From contig CAWIXE010000002.1 of NCBI GenBank assembly GCA_963840035.1, positions 448,001-512,000 on the forward strand: a DNA stretch of 64,000 nucleotides, in the 5' to 3' direction. Shown piece by piece: positions 51,169 through 60,161 of this stretch. The notes below the pieces were generated by a model. The model had not been told where the DNA came from, made no database searches, and worked only from the letters and a program-made list of their open reading frames with translations. Made by a program: the position numbers and the translations under genes. How positions within the stretch are numbered: the stretch's first letter is position 1; each line of letters opens with the position of its first letter. The DNA comes from a candidate division FCPU426 bacterium. Lineage in GTDB: Bacteria; Oederibacteriota; PGYV01; Palsa-1178.

Positions 51169-51315
51169 TTGTAGGGGCGAGCCGGTGGCTCGCCCGGAAT
51201 TAGATTGGACTTGAATCTGTTGGGGATTGCTTTGATGGTCAGGCAAGTGAGTCACCAGGCTTTAGACCCTAATTCTAAATCAAAGGCCGGGCGAGTCACC
51301 GACTCGCCCCTACGA
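51169..51315. repeat. REP doublet, same family as 12205-12283
   Basis: gtaggggcgagccggtggctcgcccgga is identical to 12207-12234; right arm ccgggcgagtcaccgactcgcccctacga. Confidence 0.9.
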
Positions 51316-51340
51316 AGACAAACAACAAAAAATTGCATTC

Positions 51341-51374
51341 CACTTAGCACCCGCCACCCGTCACGCGCCACTTG
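51341..51374. repeat. Family-A heptamer right arm
   Basis: cacttag cacccgc cacccgt cacgcgc cacttg. Confidence 0.8.
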
Positions 51375-51400
51375 TAAATATACCCTAATTGTATTATAAT
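51372..51400 (+). promoter_or_regulatory. Sigma70-type promoter for (probably leaderless) murJ
   Basis: TTGTAA-17 nt-TATAAT; ATG 7 nt downstream; no SD. Confidence 0.55.
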
Positions 51401-51407
51401 CCTACCC

Positions 51408-52991
51408 ATGTCAACAAAACACATAGCAAAATCAGCGGCCATAGTCAGCGTAATTACCATGCTTTCGCGCATCCTTGGTTATGTCAGGGATGCTTTAAAC
51501 GCGGCGCTTTTAGGCGTAGGCATGGCTTCGGACGCTTTTTTTGTCGCTTTCCGCATTCCCAACATGCTCAGGAACCTGCTTGCCGAAGGCGCGTTATCAT
51601 CCGCTTTTGTCCCTGTATTTACCGAATACCTTGAAAAAAAGAAAAGGGAAGACGTCTGGGCGCTTGCCGCGAATGTGCTGACCCTTCTTTCGCTTGTATT
51701 AACCGGAATCACTGTTCTCGGAGTTGTTTTTGCGGATCCCATAGTGCGCGTCATGGCGCCGGGATTCATCGGCGACAAAGCAAAATTTGAACTGACAGTT
51801 TCCCTTACCCGTTATCTTTTTCCGTTCATCCTCTTCGTTTCGATAGCCGCTTTATTCATGGGCATACTGAATTCGTTAAAAAAGTTTTCCATGCCTGCGT
51901 TCGCGCCGGTCATTTTAAATGTTTCAATGATTGGGGCGGGAATTTTTATCTGCCCGCGCATGGGAGACACCCCGGAAACGCAGGTGTACGGCTGGGTCAT
52001 CGGCGCGCTTGTGGGGGCTGTACTGGAGATTATGATACAGTGGATACCCGCGCAAAAAGAAGGTTTTAAATTCCGCTTCTTTGTGGATTTTAACGACCCG
52101 GGGTTAAAGAAGATATTAAAACTCATGGTGCCAGCGACTGTGGCGCAGTCTGTCACGCAGATAAACCTGCTGGTGAATACCATCCTCGCGTCATTTTTAG
52201 CGGGCGGCGCCGTGACATACCTTTATTACGGAAACAGGCTGATGCAGCTTCCGTTCGGGGTATTTGGCGTGGCCATAGCGACAGTTTCTTTTACTTATAT
52301 ATCCCAGTATGCCGCGAGAAATGACATGAAAGGATTGACCGATACCATACACTCTTCGCTAAAGCAGGGCTTTTTTATAACCATTCCCGCATCCGCGGGC
52401 CTGATATTTTTATCCATGCCGATTAACGCGCTTTTATTTAATTACGGAAGGTTCACATACGCGGACGCGGTCGAAACGGCAAAGGTAAGCGCTGTTTATT
52501 GCGTGGCGATATTCGCTTTTACGGGAATTAAGATACTTACGCAGGTATTTTATGCCATAGATAAAGCATCCACGGCGGTTAAGATAAGCACGGCGTCAGT
52601 GGTCATAAATATTGTGCTGTGTATCGCGCTCATGAAGCCCTTCGGTTATATCGGCCTTGCCATTGCCACGGCTGTAACAGGAATCATACAGTACATGTTC
52701 TTATACCATTATACAGCCAAACTTACAGGGGGCCTAAAAACAAGGGAACTGCTCCTTTTTGCGGCTAAAATAACAGTTTCTTCCATTATAATGGGGTTTG
52801 CCTGTCTTGGGCTTTATAACTTAATGGCTGGCGCGTTTAATAAGGAATACAGCAGGCTGGTCAACGGGGTGCTTGTCTTAATATCCATAACAGCGGGAGT
52901 AGGTATTTTTGCCATATTAATGCCGCTTTTCCGGGTAAAAGAAGCCGGGACTTTTATTGGTATGGTAAAGGACAGGCTCAGGAAGAAATAA
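51408..52991 (+). CDS. murJ: Lipid II flippase MurJ (MviN)
   Basis: SRILGYVRD, AFRIPNMLR, EGALSSAFVP, RLMQLP.G. Confidence 0.96.
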   Translation: MSTKHIAKSAAIVSVITMLSRILGYVRDALNAALLGVGMASDAFFVAFRIPNMLRNLLAEGALSSAFVPVFTEYLEKKKREDVWALAANVLTLLSLVLTGITVLGVVFADPIVRVMAPGFIGDKAKFELTVSLTRYLFPFILFVSIAALFMGILNSLKKFSMPAFAPVILNVSMIGAGIFICPRMGDTPETQVYGWVIGALVGAVLEIMIQWIPAQKEGFKFRFFVDFNDPGLKKILKLMVPATVAQSVTQINLLVNTILASFLAGGAVTYLYYGNRLMQLPFGVFGVAIATVSFTYISQYAARNDMKGLTDTIHSSLKQGFFITIPASAGLIFLSMPINALLFNYGRFTYADAVETAKVSAVYCVAIFAFTGIKILTQVFYAIDKASTAVKISTASVVINIVLCIALMKPFGYIGLAIATAVTGIIQYMFLYHYTAKLTGGLKTRELLLFAAKITVSSIIMGFACLGLYNLMAGAFNKEYSRLVNGVLVLISITAGVGIFAILMPLFRVKEAGTFIGMVKDRLRKK

Positions 52992-53330
52992 TTATTATTC
53001 ATATTTTGTTGACCCCGATTTAAACGCTTTCATGTAATGCTGCTATGGTTTCTGCCATCAAGGTTTTTCTGCAAGCACGTCCACGCCGGCACGCACGCAG
53101 ACAAATTCCGCAAATGTTTAACATCCCCTGTATTAATTCAGGCGCGGCTATATTGCGCGGATTTTGTGCAAACGTGTTCAATAAAAATGAGATTTATTGC
53201 GCAAAAACGCAGTTAAGTGTTTACTTCAAAAAAATGGTATGTTACATTTTAGCTAAGCAAACAAGCGGCAAACCGAGGGTAAGACTGTTTCTATTGTCAA
53301 TATTTTTACGTAAAAACAGCTTATGCTGCG

Positions 53331-56060
53331 ATGTTTTATAGCGGGTGGCGGGATTTGAAAAAAACTTTCAGGTTGTTTAAATTCCTTTTTTTGCCAATTT
53401 TTTTAATATGTCTGAATTCATTTATCTCCGCGGCGTGCGGTCCTGTCAGCGCCACGCTTTGTATTAATGGAGATGACAACACCACTGTCTGGCTCAATGG
53501 GCACAACATGGGCGATTTTCCATATGTGGGCTGGAATTCGGTAACGGATCCGGTTTGCGTCAACGTACCGATTGCATATCTTCAGGAAACCGGAAATGTG
53601 ATAGCACTGTCAGTTACTGACACGGCGGGCGGGCAGGTATGGGGATCATTTACCCTGGACGTCATATGCGGCGGCGGGATGCATTCGTACATATCAAGTA
53701 ATGACGGCAATATTAAGCTTTTAACATCACAGGTATACAATACGCCTCCAGCAAATGACGGGGCTTCCAATTTGTGGTACACCCAAGCTTACACGGGGGA
53801 TACCACCTGGGTGAATGCCACACAAGTAACCTGTACGACGTGGTCAAAATCAATGTATGATCCTTCGGACGGCAAGTATGTCCAGCCATATTCATTTGAC
53901 CAGTGCGGATATGCCGGTGAAAATCAGTGGGATATAGATCATCCAAAGATGCTGTATATGAGGAAAAAATTTGACCTAAGCGCTGTAACGCCGCTGCCGT
54001 CAGCAACGATATCAATAAGCAAGATATCTTCCCGGTCTAATCAGATTACCTCCGGGGATTGTGTTACCATGACAGTTACCATATGTAATACAGGGGGGTT
54101 TACAAACAAGCCTGTGCTCATATCTGATTACTGGGTGGGAAGTGAGTGGGGATTTGTCGGGCCATGGTATTACAATGATATAAATAACGGCATTATGCAG
54201 CAGAGCGGAAATTCGCTTACGGTATACTTCCCGCTGGGTATGGAGGCAAATTCGTGCAAGACCTTCACTTACTGGATGCAAACCGGATGGTTTAACACTA
54301 CCACGCCAAACGCGTCATGGTGCAAGCAGACTTATAATTACGCGAGCGTTACGTGGAGCGCAGGGGCAACGACGGCTTCAGTTTCAACATCCATAGAGAT
54401 GGACCTGTTATGTCCGTCATCGACGGTTACTCCTACGAAAACTTTTACACCGGCCACTACTTTGACATTTACAATGACGCCGTCGTTGAGCGTGACCAGA
54501 TCACAAACTCCTACGTTTACACATACTCATACTCAGACGCAGTCCGGGACCCCGAGCAGGACTTATACACCGTCATCAACGTTTACAAGCACCGGTACGC
54601 CTTCGCAAACTACGGCAGCTACGTTTACGCTGACTCAGACAGGGACATACACCCTGACACTTACATCTACATATACCCAGACGCCGTCTAAGACGCCGAG
54701 CAGGACAAATACGCCGTCATCGACGTATACCAGTACCGGGACGCCATCGCAGACCATGGCCTCGTCAGATACATTTACTCCCACTGTTACGCCGACATTT
54801 ACTAAAAGCAGCACGCCGAGCAGTACGCAGTCACCGAGCATAACCGGCAGCCCGACATCAACCGGTACCGCAACACCCACCAGGACGGTTACAGGTTCAC
54901 ATACAACAACGCCGAGCAGGACACATACGCCAAGCCAGACTATTACTGACACCATATCTTCCAATACGCCTACTTTTACGCAATCATATACAGATACACC
55001 TACGGTGACACCGACAGGTACAAACACGCCGAGCATCACTTGCAGCCCTGTACCCACGGACACGGCTAGTCCGGGCACGACGTCTTCTTCGTCAATGACA
55101 AAAACCGCCACAGGCACGCCATCTTCAACGGTTACAATTACGGAAACTCGGACTCCGTCATTGTCGCCCACCGCGACCACGACAGCAGTTTCAAGTTATA
55201 CGATGACCCTGACCCATACTGTCCCGCCAAATACGGCGACTATAACCGTAACTTACACAAATACGCCTGCGGCCACCCCTACATGTACAGGAACGCTGTC
55301 CGTGACTTATACATGCACTTCCACCCCGGTCAATACGCCTTCATCTACGGGGACTTCTATAGCCACTCCGACTGGCACCGTTACAAATATTCCTTCCGGA
55401 TTACCTGTGACGCTCACTATAGATTTTTCCGCAAAAGGCGATGATCCCGCTGCCGGGGCAGTTGTAGAATACAGGATAGCGATAACAAACAACGACAAAT
55501 CAAAAGCATCCAATACGGTAATTTGGACGACACTGCCGGCTGAAATGAGTTTTATGGGCGCGCCGGCAGGTTCCACAATACTGCCGTCGCAAAATGGCCA
55601 AATGATTATCTGGACTATGCCGCCGGGTTCGGAGCTGCTGCCCGGAGAAAAATACACATTTTATTACTCGGTACGGATTAATTATTTAAATCCCTCAGGG
55701 ATCATACAAAGCACCGTCTCAACCGATTATAACGACGCCTATTTTACCGCGCCGGAGAGGCATAATCCCTTAACGTCAGATTATTGTTTCTACCCCGGGG
55801 GGCAGATAGTTTTATTTCCGAATCCGTATTCGCTGGCAGGAAAACCGCTTAAAATAGAAAATTATGTCGCAGGGTCAATGATAATGATATATACGCTTGC
55901 CGGCGAGAATGTTGTGGCAGCCAGGCCGCCAGGTGTGAGGTTTGTGTGGGACGGGAAGAACAGAATGGGAAGCAAAGTATCGCCGGGCATATATTATTAC
56001 CTTATTATAAACCGGTATTCCAATCAGTCGACCCAGGGTAAGTTCTTTATTATAAGGTAA
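53331..56060 (+). CDS. Secreted Ser/Thr/Pro-rich surface protein with DUF11-like domain and T9SS-CTD/FlgD-Ig-like C-terminus (start may be TTG 53355)
   Basis: Signal peptide; long TPS/TPT linker (~54410-55390); C-terminus FPNP...IYTLAGE.V...WDGKN..G..V.PGIYYY. Confidence 0.8.
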   Translation: MFYSGWRDLKKTFRLFKFLFLPIFLICLNSFISAACGPVSATLCINGDDNTTVWLNGHNMGDFPYVGWNSVTDPVCVNVPIAYLQETGNVIALSVTDTAGGQVWGSFTLDVICGGGMHSYISSNDGNIKLLTSQVYNTPPANDGASNLWYTQAYTGDTTWVNATQVTCTTWSKSMYDPSDGKYVQPYSFDQCGYAGENQWDIDHPKMLYMRKKFDLSAVTPLPSATISISKISSRSNQITSGDCVTMTVTICNTGGFTNKPVLISDYWVGSEWGFVGPWYYNDINNGIMQQSGNSLTVYFPLGMEANSCKTFTYWMQTGWFNTTTPNASWCKQTYNYASVTWSAGATTASVSTSIEMDLLCPSSTVTPTKTFTPATTLTFTMTPSLSVTRSQTPTFTHTHTQTQSGTPSRTYTPSSTFTSTGTPSQTTAATFTLTQTGTYTLTLTSTYTQTPSKTPSRTNTPSSTYTSTGTPSQTMASSDTFTPTVTPTFTKSSTPSSTQSPSITGSPTSTGTATPTRTVTGSHTTTPSRTHTPSQTITDTISSNTPTFTQSYTDTPTVTPTGTNTPSITCSPVPTDTASPGTTSSSSMTKTATGTPSSTVTITETRTPSLSPTATTTAVSSYTMTLTHTVPPNTATITVTYTNTPAATPTCTGTLSVTYTCTSTPVNTPSSTGTSIATPTGTVTNIPSGLPVTLTIDFSAKGDDPAAGAVVEYRIAITNNDKSKASNTVIWTTLPAEMSFMGAPAGSTILPSQNGQMIIWTMPPGSELLPGEKYTFYYSVRINYLNPSGIIQSTVSTDYNDAYFTAPERHNPLTSDYCFYPGGQIVLFPNPYSLAGKPLKIENYVAGSMIMIYTLAGENVVAARPPGVRFVWDGKNRMGSKVSPGIYYYLIINRYSNQSTQGKFFIIR

Positions 56061-56112
56061 TTCCAAAGAATGGTATTAATGGCTGTAAACCGGTAATTGT
56101 TGTTGATTTCTC

Positions 56113-56142
56113 TTGACGAAACAACAGTGTTTATTGTATATT
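56113..56142 (+). promoter_or_regulatory. Promoter of the infC operon
   Basis: TTGACG-18 nt-TATATT. Confidence 0.55.
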
Positions 56143-56153
56143 GTATTCACATT

Positions 56154-56268
56154 AGCAAGTAGAAGCGGTGCTTCTCACCCTCAGGCTTTAGCCAAACGGG
56201 TTCAAAAAAATGAATGTATATTAAGTGCTTAATATATATGAGAAGACGGCTTTTTGGCCGTCTTTTTT
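56154..56268 (+). promoter_or_regulatory. L20 leader (infC-rpmI-rplT attenuator)
   Basis: AGTAGAAGC-GGT-GCTTCTCACC hairpin; CTTCTCA (56171-56177) complementary to TGAGAAG (56239-56245); terminator AAGACGGC...GCCGTCTT followed by T-run. Confidence 0.8.
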
Positions 56269-56401
56269 GTTTTTCATATAAGTCTCTTTTGAAGTAAGCG
56301 AAAGCAAAATATATTAACTTGTTTCGGGCGGATTTAACGTTCCGAGAAACCAAGTTGAACCTGCGGCTTTAAGCCGCCGGGACTCCAGGGAGGTGGACTG
56401 T

Positions 56402-56926
56402 ATTTCATTTACAGAATTGAGAGTTAACAGCCAGATCAGGGTAAGCGAAGTAAGGGTAATTGATGAAGCAGGAAATTCGCTTGGCGTCATGACGGTTAAC
56501 GATGCGATCAAGAAGGCGGAAGAACGGGCGGTGGATTTAGTCGAGATCAGCCCGGCTGCGAAGCCTCCGGTCTGCAAGCTTTTGAATTACGGCAAGTACC
56601 GCTACGAACAGATAAAAAAGGATAAGGAAGCAAGGAAGAACCAGCACGTGGTAGTCGTAAAAGAGATCCAGATCAGGCCGAATATCGACAAGCATGACCT
56701 GGGGATTAAGCTCAACCACGCGACAGAATTCCTCGAAAAAGGCTTTAAGGTAAAGTTCGTAATACGGTTCAGAGGCAGGGAACTGGAGTATAAGGAAATA
56801 CGCGGCGCCGAGATGCTTGATACTGTATATAAACATACCGCGGGTGTGGGCCAGCTTGAAGGCGACCCGTTCAAGGAAGAACGTTCGATCATATTTGTGA
56901 TGATGCCGATAAAGAAACAAGTTTAA
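56402..56926 (+). CDS. infC: Translation initiation factor IF-3 (ATT start)
   Basis: SD GGAGGT 56389-56394 lies 7 nt before an in-frame ATT; DLVEISP.AKPPVCK, FRGRE. Confidence 0.96.
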   Translation: MSFTELRVNSQIRVSEVRVIDEAGNSLGVMTVNDAIKKAEERAVDLVEISPAAKPPVCKLLNYGKYRYEQIKKDKEARKNQHVVVVKEIQIRPNIDKHDLGIKLNHATEFLEKGFKVKFVIRFRGRELEYKEIRGAEMLDTVYKHTAGVGQLEGDPFKEERSIIFVMMPIKKQV

Positions 56927-56977
56927 AGTTTTAAGTTTAGAGTTTAAAGTTAAAAGCATAACGCTTAAGACTTAAAC
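56921..56977. repeat. Heptamer array (GTTTAAA) with short complementary arm
   Basis: gtttaaa gttttaa gtttaga gtttaaa gttaaaa ... taacgct taagact taaac; overlaps the infC stop. Confidence 0.75.
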
Positions 56978-57000
56978 CGTAAAATAAAAAGGAGAAACAG

Positions 57001-57198
57001 ATGCCGAAATTGAAAACGAATTCGTCAGCAAAAAAAAGGATCTCAAAAACAGCGACAGGCAAGCTTAAGTACAAAAGGCCGGGCCTGCGCCACCTGCTCC
57101 ACCAGGAGAGCAGCAACTTAAAAAGGCCGAAAAGAAGGAAAGCATACGTAGCGCACGCGAACGCGAAAAACGTGGCAAAGCTGCTGCCGTACGGATAG
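57001..57198 (+). CDS. rpmI: 50S ribosomal protein L35
   Basis: MPKLKT..SAKKR...T.TGK, RHLL, LLPY. Confidence 0.96.
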   Translation: MPKLKTNSSAKKRISKTATGKLKYKRPGLRHLLHQESSNLKRPKRRKAYVAHANAKNVAKLLPYG

Positions 57199-57294
57199 AC
57201 AATTTCAAATTTGGGGCCTGACGCCTGAAATTTAATTTAGGGCAGCCTCAAAAGCAACGGAAGACAATTTAAACAATATTAAAGGAGAACAGAC

Positions 57295-57639
57295 ATGCCA
57301 AGGGTAAAAAGAGGCGTTGTTTCAAAACGCAAGCACAAAAAGATGATAAAACTTGCTTCGGGTTTCTATGGCAGGAAGAAGAACATTTTTACAAGGGCCA
57401 CGGAGCAGGTACAGAAAGGCTGGCAGGCTTCCTATAAAGGCAGGAAGCTCCGCAAAAGGGAATTCAGGAACCTCTGGATAATCAGGATAAACGCGGCATG
57501 CAGGGAAAACGGAATATCATACTCCAGGTTCATCAGCGCTTTGAAGAAAGCCAATATTGATCTTAACAGGAAGCAGCTTGCCGAAATGGCTGTTACTGAC
57601 GCGGCTTCTTTCACGAAAATTGTTAACAGCGTAAAATAA
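57295..57639 (+). CDS. rplT: 50S ribosomal protein L20
   Basis: MPRVKRG, RKREFRNLWIIRINAA, LNRKQLAEMA. Confidence 0.97.
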   Translation: MPRVKRGVVSKRKHKKMIKLASGFYGRKKNIFTRATEQVQKGWQASYKGRKLRKREFRNLWIIRINAACRENGISYSRFISALKKANIDLNRKQLAEMAVTDAASFTKIVNSVK

Positions 57640-57645
57640 TAACGT

Positions 57646-57690
57646 GCCATGGGCGGGCCGTTATAAGCCCGCCCTGGCGCCTATTTTTTT
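57646..57690 (+). terminator. Intrinsic terminator after rplT
   Basis: gccatgggcgggc...gcccgccctggc stem followed by T7. Confidence 0.65.
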
Positions 57691-57745
57691 CTGACGTATT
57701 TCATCTGTTTGTTTGAAGGTTCTGAATAAATAAACAGGGGTCGAA

Positions 57746-59995
57746 ATGAAAACTAATAAGTCAAAAAATCAAAATAATATGCTGGCAGGAGCCATAAGGG
57801 ACTTCGGGCAGTTTAACACCATGGTACTTTCTTTCCTTGTTGCATTCATAGGCCAGTACCTCGTCTATTTTAATAAAATGATACTGCCGGGCGTTATTTT
57901 ATTCGCGCTGGCAGTTGTCATTTTTATCCTTTCTGACATTTATGGAAAAAAAGACATAAATGTTGAGGAACAAATTGCTCCCGCGGTTGAAGTCGCGTTA
58001 TTCCTTGCCATCATGGCTGTAGCGGTATTTTTCAGGGTGTGGATGCTCGACCAACTGCCGTCAGGCTGCTACCGCGATGAAGGGGAAAACGGAAACGAAG
58101 CCATAAATATAATGAACGGCATAGAGCTGGAAGGAACTGCCACGCCGGTTTACATAGAGCGCCTGACACAGCAGGCTGCAATGTATAATTATTTTATCGC
58201 TGTAATTTTCAAAATATTCGGCATTGGCGTTGTGCAGATAAGGGCGGCTTCGGTTGTCTTCGGCGTATTATGCGTCCCGGCCGTTTATTTCCTTGTCAGG
58301 CACCTTTTCGGCGTCAGGCTTGCCGTAATCGGCGCGTTCCTTCTTGCCGTAACACGCTGGCACATAAACTTTTCCAGGATAGGTTTTGTAGGCATTGTTT
58401 CAGTTTTTTTTGTTGCTGTCTGCCTTTATTTCGCGTACAGGGTTTACAGGAAAAGGGGCGTCATTGATTTTGTCATGCTCGGCGCCACAACCGCGCTGTC
58501 GCTCTACTCTTACATTGCCGCGAGGTTCATACCCGTCGGTTTATTTATTTTCATGGCATATGTTTTTGTCACCGAAAGGTCCTTTTTTAAAAACTATAAA
58601 AAGCAGATGATGGCCGGCATCATAGCGTTCCTCATAGTTTTCGCGCCGCTTGGATTGTATGTGGCGCAGCACCCGCAGAACTTCATGAACAGGGCGTCAA
58701 AAGTATCCATATTTAATAAAGACACGCTTAAGGTAATCGGCGGAAGGTACCTGGCTAAAGACGGCCAGCCTAAAAGCTGGATTTCACTATACGCTGAAAA
58801 TACGATTAACACTATCCTTATGTTCAATTACCGCGGGGACGGAAATTCCAGGCATAATTACCAGGGCAAACCCATGCTGGATTTTGTTTCGGGGATGCTT
58901 TTTGTGCTCGGGTTTGGTTATGTCCTTTATCATTTCAGGAAACCCAGATATTTCCTCCTGCTTGTGATGTTCGGATCCCTTGTGCAGCCCGGGCTGCTTA
59001 CCATTGAGTCGCCGCAGGCGTTAAGGACCGTTACGCTTGTGCCGCTTATCATTATTTTCATTGTAATCTTTTTACAGAAACTTTATGAAGCCGCGCTCGC
59101 TCAGTATGGCAAGGCTTCTCTTAAGGTGTTAACAGGCGTTCTTGCCGCGCTGATGTTGTTCGTGGCGGCGGATAATTACACCCAGTATTTTGAAAAATAC
59201 AGGGATAACCCGGGTTCGTGGGCTGATTTTTCCGTGGAGGAATATTCCATGGCAAAATACATACATGACCTCGGGCCGGACTGGACAGCCATAGTCCAGC
59301 CTGACTGGATAGACAGCTATACGTTCCACTTCGGGACATATCCGTACCAGAATTATGAGCGTTTTGAACTCTCCGAGTGGGTGCCGATAAAATCAAAAAT
59401 AAGAAAGAATTTCACCTATGTCATCGGCAGCGAGTATCTTCCGCTTGTCCCGCTTTTAAGGCAGATATACCCGAACGGGAAATACGGGGAATTCAGGCAT
59501 AAGTTTAATCAGCAGCTTCTGTTTTACTTTACATATGAAGTGCCTTACGATGACATAAAGAAGTTTCAGGATGGCCCGGGTTTTAAGAACGGGCTAAACG
59601 CCAGATATTATTACGGAACAGACTGGAAGGGAAAATTACAGCTTTCCAGGGTTGACCCGCTCATACTTTTTAACTGGACCAGGGATCCGGTGGCGTCGCC
59701 ATTCTCAGTGTTATGGGAAGGCAGGATTTTCATAAAAACCGCAGGGGAGTATCAGTTCAGGACTGTTTCAAATGACTTCTCCGATGTTTACATAGACGGT
59801 AAAAAGGTTGTTGAAAACCCCGGTTTCGCAAAGACACAGGATAAGACGGACGGGGACATAAAACTATCCGCGGGTTATCACTCTATACGGGTGCGGTATT
59901 CAGAGTCAATTCAGCATTCAAAAATGCATTTCTGGTGGAAGCCTGCGGGCGCTGACGATTTCGAGATTGTGCCAAGCTCGGTTTTGTTCAGGTGA
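57746..59995 (+). CDS. GT-C (PMT/ArnT-like) glycosyltransferase with C-terminal PA14 domain
   Basis: YRDE motif; multi-TM; WHINFSR; PA14-like FSVLWEG...G.Y.F...SND...YIDG. Confidence 0.85.
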   Translation: MKTNKSKNQNNMLAGAIRDFGQFNTMVLSFLVAFIGQYLVYFNKMILPGVILFALAVVIFILSDIYGKKDINVEEQIAPAVEVALFLAIMAVAVFFRVWMLDQLPSGCYRDEGENGNEAINIMNGIELEGTATPVYIERLTQQAAMYNYFIAVIFKIFGIGVVQIRAASVVFGVLCVPAVYFLVRHLFGVRLAVIGAFLLAVTRWHINFSRIGFVGIVSVFFVAVCLYFAYRVYRKRGVIDFVMLGATTALSLYSYIAARFIPVGLFIFMAYVFVTERSFFKNYKKQMMAGIIAFLIVFAPLGLYVAQHPQNFMNRASKVSIFNKDTLKVIGGRYLAKDGQPKSWISLYAENTINTILMFNYRGDGNSRHNYQGKPMLDFVSGMLFVLGFGYVLYHFRKPRYFLLLVMFGSLVQPGLLTIESPQALRTVTLVPLIIIFIVIFLQKLYEAALAQYGKASLKVLTGVLAALMLFVAADNYTQYFEKYRDNPGSWADFSVEEYSMAKYIHDLGPDWTAIVQPDWIDSYTFHFGTYPYQNYERFELSEWVPIKSKIRKNFTYVIGSEYLPLVPLLRQIYPNGKYGEFRHKFNQQLLFYFTYEVPYDDIKKFQDGPGFKNGLNARYYYGTDWKGKLQLSRVDPLILFNWTRDPVASPFSVLWEGRIFIKTAGEYQFRTVSNDFSDVYIDGKKVVENPGFAKTQDKTDGDIKLSAGYHSIRVRYSESIQHSKMHFWWKPAGADDFEIVPSSVLFR

Positions 59996-60011
59996 GTATT
60001 GTTTTTGTATT

Positions 60012-60129
60012 GGTAGCCGCAGCCTCCATGTCCGCCGAAGCTTTAGCGGAGACGGATTAGGCTGCGCAACGCCGCGTTTCGCATCCTTAACTATGTTCTG
60101 CCTTACGCAGCCTGAAGGCTGCGGCTACC
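60012..60129. repeat. REP doublet (GTAGCCGCAGCC) with a 33-nt insertion in the left loop
   Basis: ggtagccgcagcct[ccatgtccgccgaagctttagcggagacggatt]aggctgcg ... cgcagcctgaaggctgcggctacc. Confidence 0.85.
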
Positions 60130-60161
60130 GGAATATAAAAAGATAAAATCGGGAGGTACTT

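Noticed and set aside
53251..53320. GGCAAACC motif suggesting a c-di-GMP-I riboswitch; palindrome TTTTTACGTAAAAA at 53303-53316
   Set aside because: No GNRA-capped P2, GCAAAG or P3 elements visible; the AT-rich palindrome occurs once and cannot be assigned.
54410..55390. ACGCCG-rich repeats in the surface protein as a DNA repeat element
   Set aside because: Explained by Thr-Pro-Ser codon repetition in the protein linker.
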